Shown here piece by piece: positions 8,471 through 17,617 of a DNA stretch of 64,000 bases; within the stretch, counting starts at the first letter, position 1, and every line of letters starts with the position of its first letter. A program made the position numbers and the translations under genes. The DNA comes from Spirochaetota bacterium (GTDB lineage: Bacteria; Spirochaetota; UBA4802; UBA5368), in NCBI GenBank assembly GCA_025457965.1, contig JALOTJ010000006.1, positions 5,162 through 69,161 of the forward strand. Reading direction: 5' to 3'. The notes under the pieces are model-generated. The model saw nothing but the letters and a program-made list of their open reading frames with translations. It made no database searches and was not told the origin of the DNA.

Positions 8471-8872
8471 ATGGCAAAGAAGATACTTTTAGTGGACGAC
8501 GACAGCGACCTGGTGGCGAGCCTTTCGCAGGCGCTCTCTATGAACGGGTACGACGTGTCTATAGCCTACAGCGGCGCCGAGGGCCTCGCGAAACTCCTCG
8601 AGGTGCGGCCCGACCTCATGATACTCGACGTCATGATGGAAACGGACACGGCCGGTTTCGAGATAACGTACCAGATTCGAAGCCAGAGGCCGACTTCGAA
8701 GTACAAAGAGGCCAGAGAGACGCCCATAATCATGCTGACGGCGATCAACCAGGTCACCAATTCCAGGTTCTCGCTTAACGAGGGACAGAGCTTTCTTCCC
8801 GGTGTCAATGATTTCCTCACCAAGCCGGTCAAGATCGATGAGCTTCTGGAAAAAGTGAAAAAGTTATTATAA
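8471..8872 (+). CDS. Single-domain response regulator (CheY-like receiver)
   Basis: 133 aa, receiver domain only. Contains LLVDDDSDL, DLMILDVMME (phospho-acceptor Asp) and LTKPV (conserved Lys). No output domain. Confidence 0.85.
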   Translation: MAKKILLVDDDSDLVASLSQALSMNGYDVSIAYSGAEGLAKLLEVRPDLMILDVMMETDTAGFEITYQIRSQRPTSKYKEARETPIIMLTAINQVTNSRFSLNEGQSFLPGVNDFLTKPVKIDELLEKVKKLL

Positions 8873-8986
8873 GATAAAAAATGCCTTGCCCTCCGGCCGC
8901 TTTGAGATAGACGATAACAGGCGTCATATATGACGTATCAATGGGGATATCGAACGATATCTCCTTTTCGCGTGGCGGGCGCTTTC

Positions 8987-9697
8987 ATGAAAATACGGTA
9001 CGTCGTGTTTGTCCTGATGGTAGCGGCAGTCGTCGGTTCCTGGTACGGTCATCAGGAACTGTATCGCTGGTACCTGACGGCCTATTACCAGCGCTTCCTT
9101 GGAGATGACCGGGAGAAATCGGTGGGCAAAGCGCGTGCTCTTCTAAAAGAAGAGCGCTACGGGGAGCTCGTGGCATACGCGGACCGACTGATGGAGCTCT
9201 ACCCGGCCGATAACGACCTGCGCCGTCTCAAGGGAATGGCGATGATAAAAACCGGGCGCGAATCGGAAGGGGCGCGAATGGTCATCGCGTCCCTGAGAAA
9301 GAACGAGGGTCTCCTGTCGATCGGAAGCGTCATCGAAATACTGTTCAGGGAAGGGGAGTACGCGGACCTCGCCGATATCATTTCCCGCCACGGAACGCTG
9401 GGCGACTCATACCTGACGTATGTTCACGGAGTGTCGCTTTTCCAGGTCGGTCGGTACGCGGAGGCCGAACGCCGCCTGGGCGAGGCGGACAAAGCCGGAA
9501 AGCACGACTACGATACGCTGTACCACATCGGCCTTGCGCAGGAGAAGAACGGCAGGATCAATGATGCACTCAATACGTTCGAAAGCGCGTACAGGCTTGA
9601 CCCGGTCCGCACCGAGGCCAGGAAGGCACTCGTGCGACTCTATCGCATAACAAAACAATACGACAAGGCGGAAAAGTTTTTGCGGAGGTCTCCATGA
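8987..9697 (+). CDS. Membrane-anchored tetratricopeptide-repeat protein
   Basis: Start at ATG 8987 (MKIRYVVFVLMVAAVVGSW, N-terminal anchor); the ORF-track ATG 8930 lies inside a palindrome. TPR-like helical repeats (..YHIGLAQEKNGRINDALNTFESAYRLDP..). Confidence 0.55.
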   Translation: MKIRYVVFVLMVAAVVGSWYGHQELYRWYLTAYYQRFLGDDREKSVGKARALLKEERYGELVAYADRLMELYPADNDLRRLKGMAMIKTGRESEGARMVIASLRKNEGLLSIGSVIEILFREGEYADLADIISRHGTLGDSYLTYVHGVSLFQVGRYAEAERRLGEADKAGKHDYDTLYHIGLAQEKNGRINDALNTFESAYRLDPVRTEARKALVRLYRITKQYDKAEKFLRRSP

Positions 9698-11088
9698 TCG
9701 ATCATTTTTTCCATCCCGACGGAGTGGCCATAATCGGCGCCACCGACAACGCGGCCAAGGGCGGTTACCATATTCTGCGCAACACCCTGGCCGGTTACAA
9801 GGGGCGCGTGTATCCGGTCAACCCGAGGTACGGCGAAATCCTCGGCACGAAATGCTATCCGGACATCGAATCGATCCCGGAAAACTTCGACCTGGCCATC
9901 TACTTCATTCCGGCGAAGTCCCTGCCCGACACCATACGCGCGTGCTCGAAGAAGGGAGTGAAGGCTATAATCATCGAGTCGGCCGGTTTCTCGGAGGTGG
10001 GCGAGGAAGGCGGTCAATTGCAGAGGGAGTCCGTCGATCTGGCGCGAAGCTTCGGCATTCGACTGTGGGGTCCAAACTGCATGGGCCTGCTCGACGGGCA
10101 TTCTCGCAACGTCTTTTCATTCATGTACACTGACAAGTGGATGACGCTCATGAAGCCGGGGGCGGTTTCGCTCATCGTGCAGAGCGGAATGCTCTCGGCG
10201 GGATTTCTCATGATGATCCTGGAGCGCGGCGGCATGGGCATCGCGAAGGTTTGTTCGATCGGCAATAAGTGCGACGTCAACGAGACCGAGCTCCTTGAAT
10301 ACCTGGTGGCGGACGAGGAAACCGGTGTTATCGCCTGTTATCTCGAATCGATCGTTGACGGGCGGAAATTCCTCGAGCTCGCGCGCTCTACGCCGAAACC
10401 GATCATTGTATTAAAGGCAGGAAGGAGCGAACAGGGGGCGAAGGCGGCGATGAGTCACACGGCAAGCCTTTCCGGCTCGGCGGCCGTCTACGAGGGGGCG
10501 TTCCGACAGGCGGGTGTCGTCCAGGTATATGATGTGCATGAGCTCATGGACTTCGCGCGCGGATTTTCAAAAATAACGCCGTGCGGCTCGGCCGGCGGCA
10601 CCGCGGTCATCACCTTTTCCGGCGGGGCCGGCATCGTGACCTCGGACCTGCTGGCGGACCATGGAGTCAGGCTCGCCGAGTTCGGGCCCGAGACGATACG
10701 CGCGCTTACGGAGGTCTTTCCCCCGTGGATGAAGCCCTCGCACCCGGTGGACGTGTGGCCGGCGGTTGAACTAAACGGCCTTGAGTTCGTGTACGGCAAA
10801 GCCGTCGAGGCGCTTATGCAGGAACCGAACGTCGATTCAATCATTATTGAATCGATTGCCTGGCACCTCTCGACCCCCGGGAACCTTGTCGCCGCCGGGG
10901 AGATGCAGAAGCGCTACCGGAAGCCGGTCGTCCTGTGGCAGATCGGGCACATGGAGGCGAATGAGCACTATCGTGCCGTTGCGGAGGAGGCGGGTATTCC
11001 GGTCTTCACCGAAATCAGCCGATGTGCCGCGTTCATTGCCGGAGTGAAGGCCCATTCAAGGAAGAAGGCGGTCATTAAAACATCTTGA
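9694..11088 (+). CDS. CoA-binding protein, ADP-forming acetyl/acyl-CoA synthetase alpha-subunit-like
   Basis: 464 aa. CoA-binding N-terminus (VAIIGATDNAAKGGY), a succinyl-CoA-synthetase-alpha-like core and the phospho-His loop MSHTASLSGS. No adjacent ATP-grasp beta partner. ATGA overlap with the upstream gene. Confidence 0.75.
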   Translation: MIDHFFHPDGVAIIGATDNAAKGGYHILRNTLAGYKGRVYPVNPRYGEILGTKCYPDIESIPENFDLAIYFIPAKSLPDTIRACSKKGVKAIIIESAGFSEVGEEGGQLQRESVDLARSFGIRLWGPNCMGLLDGHSRNVFSFMYTDKWMTLMKPGAVSLIVQSGMLSAGFLMMILERGGMGIAKVCSIGNKCDVNETELLEYLVADEETGVIACYLESIVDGRKFLELARSTPKPIIVLKAGRSEQGAKAAMSHTASLSGSAAVYEGAFRQAGVVQVYDVHELMDFARGFSKITPCGSAGGTAVITFSGGAGIVTSDLLADHGVRLAEFGPETIRALTEVFPPWMKPSHPVDVWPAVELNGLEFVYGKAVEALMQEPNVDSIIIESIAWHLSTPGNLVAAGEMQKRYRKPVVLWQIGHMEANEHYRAVAEEAGIPVFTEISRCAAFIAGVKAHSRKKAVIKTS

Positions 11089-12067
11089 GCTTCTCGTGCT
11101 TCAGCGCGCACTTCTTCTCTTTTTTATCCCTGTACCATCGGTAATAATCGAGGTCGTGCGCCGGGACCATGATGCAGTTTTCATGGTCGTAATAGTCTCG
11201 AAAGTGGTTCAGAAAGTGCCCGAACTCGTGCGTGGCGTACAGCGCTATGACGTCGGTGGCAAGTTCCGCGGGTGTCTCCTTTCCGCGTTCGGAGACGAAA
11301 AATCCGTCACGCGAAAGAAACGGATAGGTGAAAATGACGCCGGCCGCCCGGTAGGAGTTGTGGATGTTGTGCTCGACAAGTCCCGTGGTTATGCCGTAGC
11401 GAAGCGCCACGTAAATCGGGATATCGACCTCCATGTCGGCCATGATGGTGTTCGTAAAGATGAAGTGGGCACCCTTGAGATGGCGCAACGCCATATCCCA
11501 GAACGGATAGGTGAGAGTAACATCGTACGGCGCATCCGCCAGACGGGTTCCGTCCGATGTCTTGATGCTCTGGATTTTCCTGAGTTTTTCGACGTACTGC
11601 CGGTAGAGGTGCGACGAGATCTCCTTTCGGTTATTGTATCGCTCAAATCCGGGGACGTGCCGCCGGAGGGTCGTCTCCGGGGCCGAGCTGACGAGTTCGT
11701 CGATGTACTTCGACAGGCGCTCACGGTCGCTCTCGCTGTTGATATCCAGCAGGCTTTTTTTCAGCTCGTGCATCATCGGAAGCTCGTCGAGTCCTTTTAC
11801 CTCTTCTCTGAACGCCTGCATGCTTTGATTGCCCTGGATGAAAAAGCTCACCCGGTAGCCCAGGTACTCGTGTATGTATGCTTTGCACCGGTCGAGCATG
11901 TCCTGGAACTCTGATTCCGAAAGAGCGGGCAGGCGCGGGTCGACAATATGCCGTATTACGATCGGATATTCACGGTCAACGGGCAGGTCCTTTAACGTGC
12001 CGCCGCCGAGCGTGACACAGGACGCGGCCAGAAGGAGCGCGAGGAGGAAGCGCATGCGTCTTTTCAT
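11075..12067 (-). CDS. Putative zinc metalloprotease lipoprotein (HExxH)
   Basis: Start at ATG 12067 (GAGG about 8 nt upstream) gives MKRRMRFLLALLLAASC (signal peptide plus lipobox-like Cys). HEFGHFLNH lies near the C-terminus, followed by C-I-M and C-x3-H. The ORF-track extension to 12346 has no support. Confidence 0.6.
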   Translation of the reverse strand: MKRRMRFLLALLLAASCVTLGGGTLKDLPVDREYPIVIRHIVDPRLPALSESEFQDMLDRCKAYIHEYLGYRVSFFIQGNQSMQAFREEVKGLDELPMMHELKKSLLDINSESDRERLSKYIDELVSSAPETTLRRHVPGFERYNNRKEISSHLYRQYVEKLRKIQSIKTSDGTRLADAPYDVTLTYPFWDMALRHLKGAHFIFTNTIMADMEVDIPIYVALRYGITTGLVEHNIHNSYRAAGVIFTYPFLSRDGFFVSERGKETPAELATDVIALYATHEFGHFLNHFRDYYDHENCIMVPAHDLDYYRWYRDKKEKKCALKHEKLKMF

Positions 12068-12339
12068 AGAGAATACCTCGATTGCGATTTGATGGTGAAG
12101 ATATGCCCTCCGCCGGAGGATTTCAAGTGAAATTACAGGCGATCCGACATGAGGGGTGAATCCACCGGGGGGGTGACAGTCCCAGGCGGTAGAACAGGGG
12201 CTGCAGGCCACTGCCCCGTATTGATGTTTCCCGGGCGCCGTGCGAACGGCCGCGATAAACATCGCCTGAACGGGATTACGGGTATCATCTCGCCCGTAAA
12301 AGACAGCAACTGTGATTTCTATTTTACCGGAATCCGAAG

Positions 12340-12368
12340 TTGACAAATAGTACGTATCGGTCTATTCT
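12340..12368 (+). promoter_or_regulatory. Candidate sigma70-type promoter upstream of the FtsX/ABC genes
   Basis: TTGACA (12340-12345), 17 nt, TATTCT (12363-12368). Consensus matching only. Confidence 0.35.
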
Positions 12369-12396
12369 CACCGGCATGGCAGACGGGTTAATCTTC

Positions 12397-12424
12397 TTGA
12401 CAGCGTCGGCGACGCGGTTAATCT
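12397..12424 (+). promoter_or_regulatory. Second candidate sigma70-type promoter upstream of the FtsX/ABC genes
   Basis: TTGACA (12397-12402), 16 nt, TAATCT (12419-12424). Flanked by a direct repeat GGTTAATCT at 12386-12394 and 12416-12424. Confidence 0.35.
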
Positions 12425-12452
12425 GAGAGTCTCGCACGACAATAACAGGACA

Positions 12453-13748
12453 ATGAAAGCTTTTTTAATATACATCGGGCGCAACCTCTATTTTTCGCTC
12501 AGGGAGGTCGTAAGGAACATACTGCGAAGCCTTCTGTCGAGCTTCGGCATTATTTTCCTCATCGCCTTCCTCGTGCTCTATCTTTCGCTCCGGCAGTCGA
12601 TCAAGGAGTATATCGGCGGGACGCTGTTCGGCACCCTTGATATCAACGAGATCGTGGTTTCCCCGCCGGCGTCGGGTGCGGGGGCGCTGGTCAGCATAGG
12701 GGGACGGACCGAAAAGATCGCTCCGGACAGAGTGCGGCGGATACGCGCTATCAATGGCGTCGGTGAGATCAATTCCATTATACGGATGGAGTACCCGGCG
12801 AAGGTCAAGCTCGAGATGTTCGGCCGGTCGGTGAGGGAGTACATGCCGGTATACGGCATCAGTCCGGCCTTTCTACGGAAATCGGAAAAGCGATGGCGCC
12901 AGTTCGTGCCGGGCGACGAGATCCCGGTCATCGTGCCGAAATTCGTTCTCGATGTCTTTAACAACCTGGCGGCGGCGCGCGGGCTTCCCCAGCTCGGGGA
13001 AAAGGCGCTCTGGGGCTTTCCGATGGAGCTGGTGATCGAAACGGCCGCGCGTGGCGCGCCCGAACGCAAGAAGTACGATCAACCGGCCCGTGTCTTCGGT
13101 TTCAGCGCTGAATTGCCGCTGACGGGACTGGTGGTACCCTCCGACTTCATTACGAAATTCGCCGCCGCACATGCGGGGGATCCCGGTGCCATCAGGCCGG
13201 GTTTTTCATACGCCCAGCTTGTGGTTACGGTTAAAGACGTGAAAGACCTTCCGGTTATCAGTAAAAATATCCAGTCACTGGGACTCAAGGTCGAATCACA
13301 GCAGGAGATTGCGGCCAAAACCAACAAGGCGCTTGCCGTCATCGACGGTTCCTCGCTGGTTATAATGGGCATTTTCCTTTTCCTGACGGTGATCGCGATC
13401 TTTAATTCCTACCTTACCATTGTCTACAACCGCAGTTATACCTTTTCGCTCCAGCGGGTGATCGGCGTATCGAAGGTCCGCATCATCCTGACGTTCGTCT
13501 TCGAGGCCGCCCTGATCGGGGCGCTATTCGGCCTCATCGGCTATTATATTGGCGTGATGGCAATCGGTTATTTGAAGCACAATATGCCGCACTGGGTCCC
13601 GGTGCTCAAGGGGCTTACCCTGAGCAGGGATTCCGGGGGGCTGCTGCCCCTGGCGGTGGGGCTTTCGGCGCTTCTGTCGTCGGTTTCGGCGTTCATTCCG
13701 GCGGTTTTTGCGTCCAACATGAATCTATTCAGGGCGGTGCAGAAATAA
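12453..13748 (+). CDS. ABC transporter permease, FtsX/MacB/LolC type
   Basis: 431 aa. N-terminal TM, large extracytoplasmic loop and three C-terminal TMs (FtsX-family layout). Its ATPase follows after a 1-nt gap. Confidence 0.75.
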   Translation: MKAFLIYIGRNLYFSLREVVRNILRSLLSSFGIIFLIAFLVLYLSLRQSIKEYIGGTLFGTLDINEIVVSPPASGAGALVSIGGRTEKIAPDRVRRIRAINGVGEINSIIRMEYPAKVKLEMFGRSVREYMPVYGISPAFLRKSEKRWRQFVPGDEIPVIVPKFVLDVFNNLAAARGLPQLGEKALWGFPMELVIETAARGAPERKKYDQPARVFGFSAELPLTGLVVPSDFITKFAAAHAGDPGAIRPGFSYAQLVVTVKDVKDLPVISKNIQSLGLKVESQQEIAAKTNKALAVIDGSSLVIMGIFLFLTVIAIFNSYLTIVYNRSYTFSLQRVIGVSKVRIILTFVFEAALIGALFGLIGYYIGVMAIGYLKHNMPHWVPVLKGLTLSRDSGGLLPLAVGLSALLSSVSAFIPAVFASNMNLFRAVQK

Positions 13749-13749
13749 T

Positions 13750-14484
13750 ATGCGCGGCGCGGGCAGGGGAAAAGCCGTGGACGAACCGGCCCTTCTCTCT
13801 ATAGAAGGCGTCAGCGCCTCGTTCGGGAAACGCAGGATCCTCGACGATGTGAGCTTTACGGTCGAGCCCTCGTCTATCGTTGCGGTCACCGGGCGCTCGG
13901 GAGCGGGGAAAACGACGCTTCTGGGTATCATCTCGGGACTCATGAAGCCCGACGGCGGCAGGGTCGTCTATAAGGGGCAGAACATTTTGAAATGGGGAGA
14001 CTTCAAGCGCTCGCGCTTTCGTAACCGGGAGATCGGCTTTGTCTTCCAGTTCTTCAACCTGCTTCCCGACATGACGTCGTACCAGAACATATTCTATCCG
14101 GCGATAATAAGCCCCAGGTCGCGCAACCTGAAAGAAAAGGTCGACTACCTCGTCGGCTACCTCGGGCTCGAGAAGATCCTGCACCAGTATCCGGCCACCC
14201 TTTCGGGGGGCGAGCGCCAGCGCGTCGCGGTTGCCCGCGCGATCATAAACAATCCCCGGATCATCCTCGCGGACGAGCCCACGGGGAACCTGGACGAGCG
14301 TTCGGCAAATGATATTCTGAGCCTCTTTAAAAAACTGAGGGATGAAAACGGCATGGCGATCGTCATCGCGACCCACGACAGCCGCACCGTCGCCAGCGCC
14401 GACGTGCATTTCAATATCGACGATGCGCGACTGCAGCGAATAGAGCCGCCTGAGCGCAGGAAAAAATCGCGCCGCGGTCGATAA
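13750..14484 (+). CDS. ABC transporter ATP-binding protein (LolD/MacB-like)
   Basis: Walker A GRSGAGKTT, signature LSGGERQRVAVARA, Walker B ILADEPTGNLD. Confidence 0.9.
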   Translation: MRGAGRGKAVDEPALLSIEGVSASFGKRRILDDVSFTVEPSSIVAVTGRSGAGKTTLLGIISGLMKPDGGRVVYKGQNILKWGDFKRSRFRNREIGFVFQFFNLLPDMTSYQNIFYPAIISPRSRNLKEKVDYLVGYLGLEKILHQYPATLSGGERQRVAVARAIINNPRIILADEPTGNLDERSANDILSLFKKLRDENGMAIVIATHDSRTVASADVHFNIDDARLQRIEPPERRKKSRRGR

Positions 14485-14518
14485 GCCGCGGTTGGAAATT
14501 TCCGGACGGCGGTGGGTC

Positions 14519-16330
14519 ATGACTGCGGGCAGAATGTCGGTGCTGTACAAGGCGATCATCATCGTATCGATCGCGGTCTTCAGCCTCGCGCTTCGTCTCC
14601 ACAGCCTCGACAGCGATCCCCCCGATTACCTGTCGTGGAGCGCCGCCATCTATGTCGACGAAGGATACAAGGCGCTCGACGCCCGGAATATCCTGAAATA
14701 CGGCACGCCCCGCTGGAGCGAGCACGACCGCTACCGCGGTCACCGCGACGAATCCCCGTTTATTCATGCCGTTCAGTTTTGGATATTCAAAAACTTCGGC
14801 ATTAAGATAGTCAACCTCAGGTATTTCAATATCGCCGTTTCGGTGGGAATCATCGTACTGACTTTGTTCGTGCTATCCTTTTTTTTCAATAAACGGACGG
14901 TCTTCCTGCTGGGGATTGCGATGTCCATCAACGTCATTCTCCTGTTTCACAGCAGGATCGCGCTGTACGAACTTCCCATGGTATTTCTTTGCGTGCTGCT
15001 TTTCCCGCCCATGTTCTTTTATCTGAACCGTGCGGGCCTGATCGACCGTGCGGGGCGCATCTTCTACATCTTCGTCCTGGCCCTTCTGGTCGCCCTTGTC
15101 TCATGGCTGGGGATGCGGATAAAAGGTTCGTTCGCGCTATATATGGGTTCCGTACTGGTGGCCTTCGTCTTTGCCGCGATCTTGCCGTACTTCAAGAACC
15201 GCACGCGCTACCCGCGAATGTTCGATCCTAAAAACCTGTTTTTTATGGCAATCGGTGGTATCCTGCTGGTTTCCTTCATCCTCTATGTCTGGCAGGCGAA
15301 TCTTGGCTTCCAGGTGCGTTATCTGGGAAACCCGCTTATTCTTCTGGGGAAAATATGGTTCCTCGAGATCATCTATCTGCAGCCGAACACCTTCCTCATG
15401 GCGGTGTTGTGTACAATCGCCGTTTTGAAAATACTGGGCAGCAGGCGCTATGTTAATTACGATAGGGAGCGCTTTTTACAGTACCAGATCGATGTTTTTT
15501 TTGCGCTGCAGTTCATATTTTCGTTTCTCGTCGTATACATGTCCTCGTACAGTCCGCTGCGCTATTTTCTCTTTTCGGAGGTGTCGATCCTGTTCCTCGC
15601 CGGGCGCTTCGTGGCGAACTATGACGGGGAGATCAAGATTCTGAACGAGGGAAAGAAACGATCCAGAAGTGCGGTCCGCTCCGTGATCATTTTCGTGCTC
15701 ATGTTCTATATCGTCATCCAGTTTGTCATATTTCTGGTGATGCTGTTGTTGAGCTATGAGACCAGAAAGGTGATCTTCGATGATTTTTACCTTAACCTGA
15801 CGAGGGGGGTCCTTTCGGGACCGGGGGCGTCTTTCGTATTCATCCTGATCGCGGTCGTTCTGCCGCTTGTTTTCTATATCGCCAAGAACTACGACGATTT
15901 CGTCGCCTTTATACAGAAGCATATCTCCCCGAAGATGATGATCTTTCTGCTCATCGAGGTACAGCTCATCTACCTGCTCAGCTGGCAGTTCAACCGGACG
16001 ACAACGATTCGCGACGCGATGGATTTCGTCGACACCCTGCCGTCCGGATCGGTGATGATCGGGGACTGGGCCCCCATGCTCTGTTTCGAAAGCGACCTGA
16101 AACCCATATATTCAAATCCGGACGACCGGCGGAACGTGGGCAATATCCCGCTTCTGCGACCCGATTACGTCGTGGTTAAGTCGCACAAGAACGAGGAGGC
16201 GAAATACAACGAATACGACCCGGGTCTTATAAAACCGGATAATTTTATTTACGGTTTCAAGGTCCAGGCCTTTGATATCAAAATATACCGCGTTGATAAA
16301 TACGCGAAAAAACGGCGCGCGACCCCGTAG
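14519..16330 (+). CDS. Polytopic membrane glycosyltransferase, ArnT/PMT (GT39/GT83)-like
   Basis: Start at ATG 14519 (or 14534). Many TM helices. The N-terminal ..LALRLHSLDSDPP..YVDEGYKALDA.. resembles the first-loop DE motif of lipid-linked sugar transferases. Visibly more AT-rich than its neighbours. Confidence 0.6.
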   Translation: MTAGRMSVLYKAIIIVSIAVFSLALRLHSLDSDPPDYLSWSAAIYVDEGYKALDARNILKYGTPRWSEHDRYRGHRDESPFIHAVQFWIFKNFGIKIVNLRYFNIAVSVGIIVLTLFVLSFFFNKRTVFLLGIAMSINVILLFHSRIALYELPMVFLCVLLFPPMFFYLNRAGLIDRAGRIFYIFVLALLVALVSWLGMRIKGSFALYMGSVLVAFVFAAILPYFKNRTRYPRMFDPKNLFFMAIGGILLVSFILYVWQANLGFQVRYLGNPLILLGKIWFLEIIYLQPNTFLMAVLCTIAVLKILGSRRYVNYDRERFLQYQIDVFFALQFIFSFLVVYMSSYSPLRYFLFSEVSILFLAGRFVANYDGEIKILNEGKKRSRSAVRSVIIFVLMFYIVIQFVIFLVMLLLSYETRKVIFDDFYLNLTRGVLSGPGASFVFILIAVVLPLVFYIAKNYDDFVAFIQKHISPKMMIFLLIEVQLIYLLSWQFNRTTTIRDAMDFVDTLPSGSVMIGDWAPMLCFESDLKPIYSNPDDRRNVGNIPLLRPDYVVVKSHKNEEAKYNEYDPGLIKPDNFIYGFKVQAFDIKIYRVDKYAKKRRATP

Positions 16331-17599
16331 AGACGCTCGTCTACCTCTTCGACATTCGTATATTTTTTCGTCGACCTCGCCGGCGTTGGGGGCGTCCTGC
16401 TCCACGTTGCGGACGTCTTCCTTCGACAGCACCTTGAAGTATTCCTTGTACCATTCATTCTGGATGATGAGCTGCATGATCTCGTTGGTGCCCACCCATA
16501 TCATGGAAAGCCGGATATCGCGTAGAATGCGCTCGATGGGATAGACATTGGTGTAGCCTATGCCGCCCATAACCTGCATGCAGTTGTTCACCACCTCCCA
16601 CGACGCCTCGGTTATGAACTTCTTGCTCTCGGAGACCATGCGGCGCAGGCGTCCGGGATGCACCCTGGAGGAGTCTATGGCTCGCGCGGTGGTGTAGGCG
16701 ATCGAGCGCATCGCGTCGAGCCTCTGGACGCAGTCAGCCACGCGGAAGCCGACGGCCTGGAAGTTCATGATGGGCATGCCGAACGCCTTGCGCATCGATG
16801 TGTAGCGTGTGGCGATCTCGACGGCAGGCCGCACCGAACCGATGGTCATCGCCGCGGTGCCGAGACGCTCCGGGAGCATATTGGTCTGGAACACCGGAAA
16901 GCCGCCGTTGATGCCGTTGAGGGCGTAGCGTTCGGGCACGCGCACGTCGTTCAGGATAACGCGCCCCGCCCCCCCGCCGCGCACCCCCATGAGGCCGTAG
17001 ATGTATTTTGATTCGACGCCCCCGGTGCGCGGCACCATGAAACACGTCATGCGCTGGTGGGCCTGGGCGGACGGATCGGTCACCGCATAGACCATGAACC
17101 AGTCGGCGCCCTCCGCACCCACGATAAAGCGCTTCTGCCCGTTGATGATCCAGTCGCCGCCGTCCTTTCGGGCCGTCGTCGCCGCGCCGAAAAAGTCCGA
17201 GCCGCCGCGCGGCTCGGTGAGGCACTCGGCAGCGTATACTTCGCCCCTGAGCAGCGGGACCACTATTTCCTGTTTCAGCTCTTCGATACCGTACTTGACA
17301 ATGGCCTCGCAGACGATGTCGGCGCCGACGCCCCACAGGCAGGCCAGGCTGTAGCTGGCCACCCCGATTTCCTCGGCCACCATGGTATCGTCGACCCAGC
17401 CGAGCCCCCGGCCCCCGTATATCTCCGGAAGTCTGATGCCCAGCAGCCTGCGCCTGCCAGCCTCTTTCAGGTATTCATGGGGAAACTGTATCTTTTCCGC
17501 GTCCATGTCGAGGATCATCTCTCTGGGAACCCAGTTGGTAAACGCGCGGGCCTCGTCGCGAAGTTTCAGCTGCTCGTCGGTGAGTAAAAAGTCAAACAT
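16112..17599 (-). CDS. Acyl-CoA dehydrogenase
   Basis: ACAD pattern across roughly the first 400 aa (MFDFLLTDEQLKLRDEARAF.., ..TEPRGGSDF.., ..WVGTNEIMQLIIQ..). The ORF then runs about 95 aa further, antisense into the preceding gene. Confidence 0.85.
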   Translation of the reverse strand: MFDFLLTDEQLKLRDEARAFTNWVPREMILDMDAEKIQFPHEYLKEAGRRRLLGIRLPEIYGGRGLGWVDDTMVAEEIGVASYSLACLWGVGADIVCEAIVKYGIEELKQEIVVPLLRGEVYAAECLTEPRGGSDFFGAATTARKDGGDWIINGQKRFIVGAEGADWFMVYAVTDPSAQAHQRMTCFMVPRTGGVESKYIYGLMGVRGGGAGRVILNDVRVPERYALNGINGGFPVFQTNMLPERLGTAAMTIGSVRPAVEIATRYTSMRKAFGMPIMNFQAVGFRVADCVQRLDAMRSIAYTTARAIDSSRVHPGRLRRMVSESKKFITEASWEVVNNCMQVMGGIGYTNVYPIERILRDIRLSMIWVGTNEIMQLIIQNEWYKEYFKVLSKEDVRNVEQDAPNAGEVDEKIYECRRGRRASLRGRAPFFRVFINAVYFDIKGLDLETVNKIIRFYKTRVVFVVFRLLVLVRLNHDVIGSQKRDIAHVPPVVRI

Positions 17600-17617
17600 G
17601 GGGGAGCCTCCATGGAA

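Noticed and set aside
7758-8477. 239-aa minus-strand ORF containing LLYIIFNLIIFNLIIFNPLIFN.
   Set aside because: The repetitive peptide is simply the translation of the AAGATT tandem array (repeat copy 2). The rest is antisense to the hycG-like gene.
12140-12330. Cobalamin-riboswitch-like motifs on the plus strand: GGTGAATCC at about 12153 and GCCACTG at about 12207, with btuB-leader-like TGAC..CAG.CGGTAGAA in between.
   Set aside because: The 3' conserved part (a ..GA.ACCTGCC-type segment) is absent. Candidate promoters for the downstream FtsX/ABC genes lie downstream of the motif. No B12-related gene follows. The decisive test is cmscan with RF00174, which I cannot run.
12068-12346. N-terminal extensions proposed by the ORF track: 11075..12346, and likewise 1963..2199, 6136..6204, 53703..53852, 55562..55819, 22787..22885, 58775..58873.
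   Set aside because: The extensions overlap upstream genes or promoter regions and precede clear signal peptides or family N-termini. Internal ATG/GTG codons have better Shine-Dalgarno sequences.
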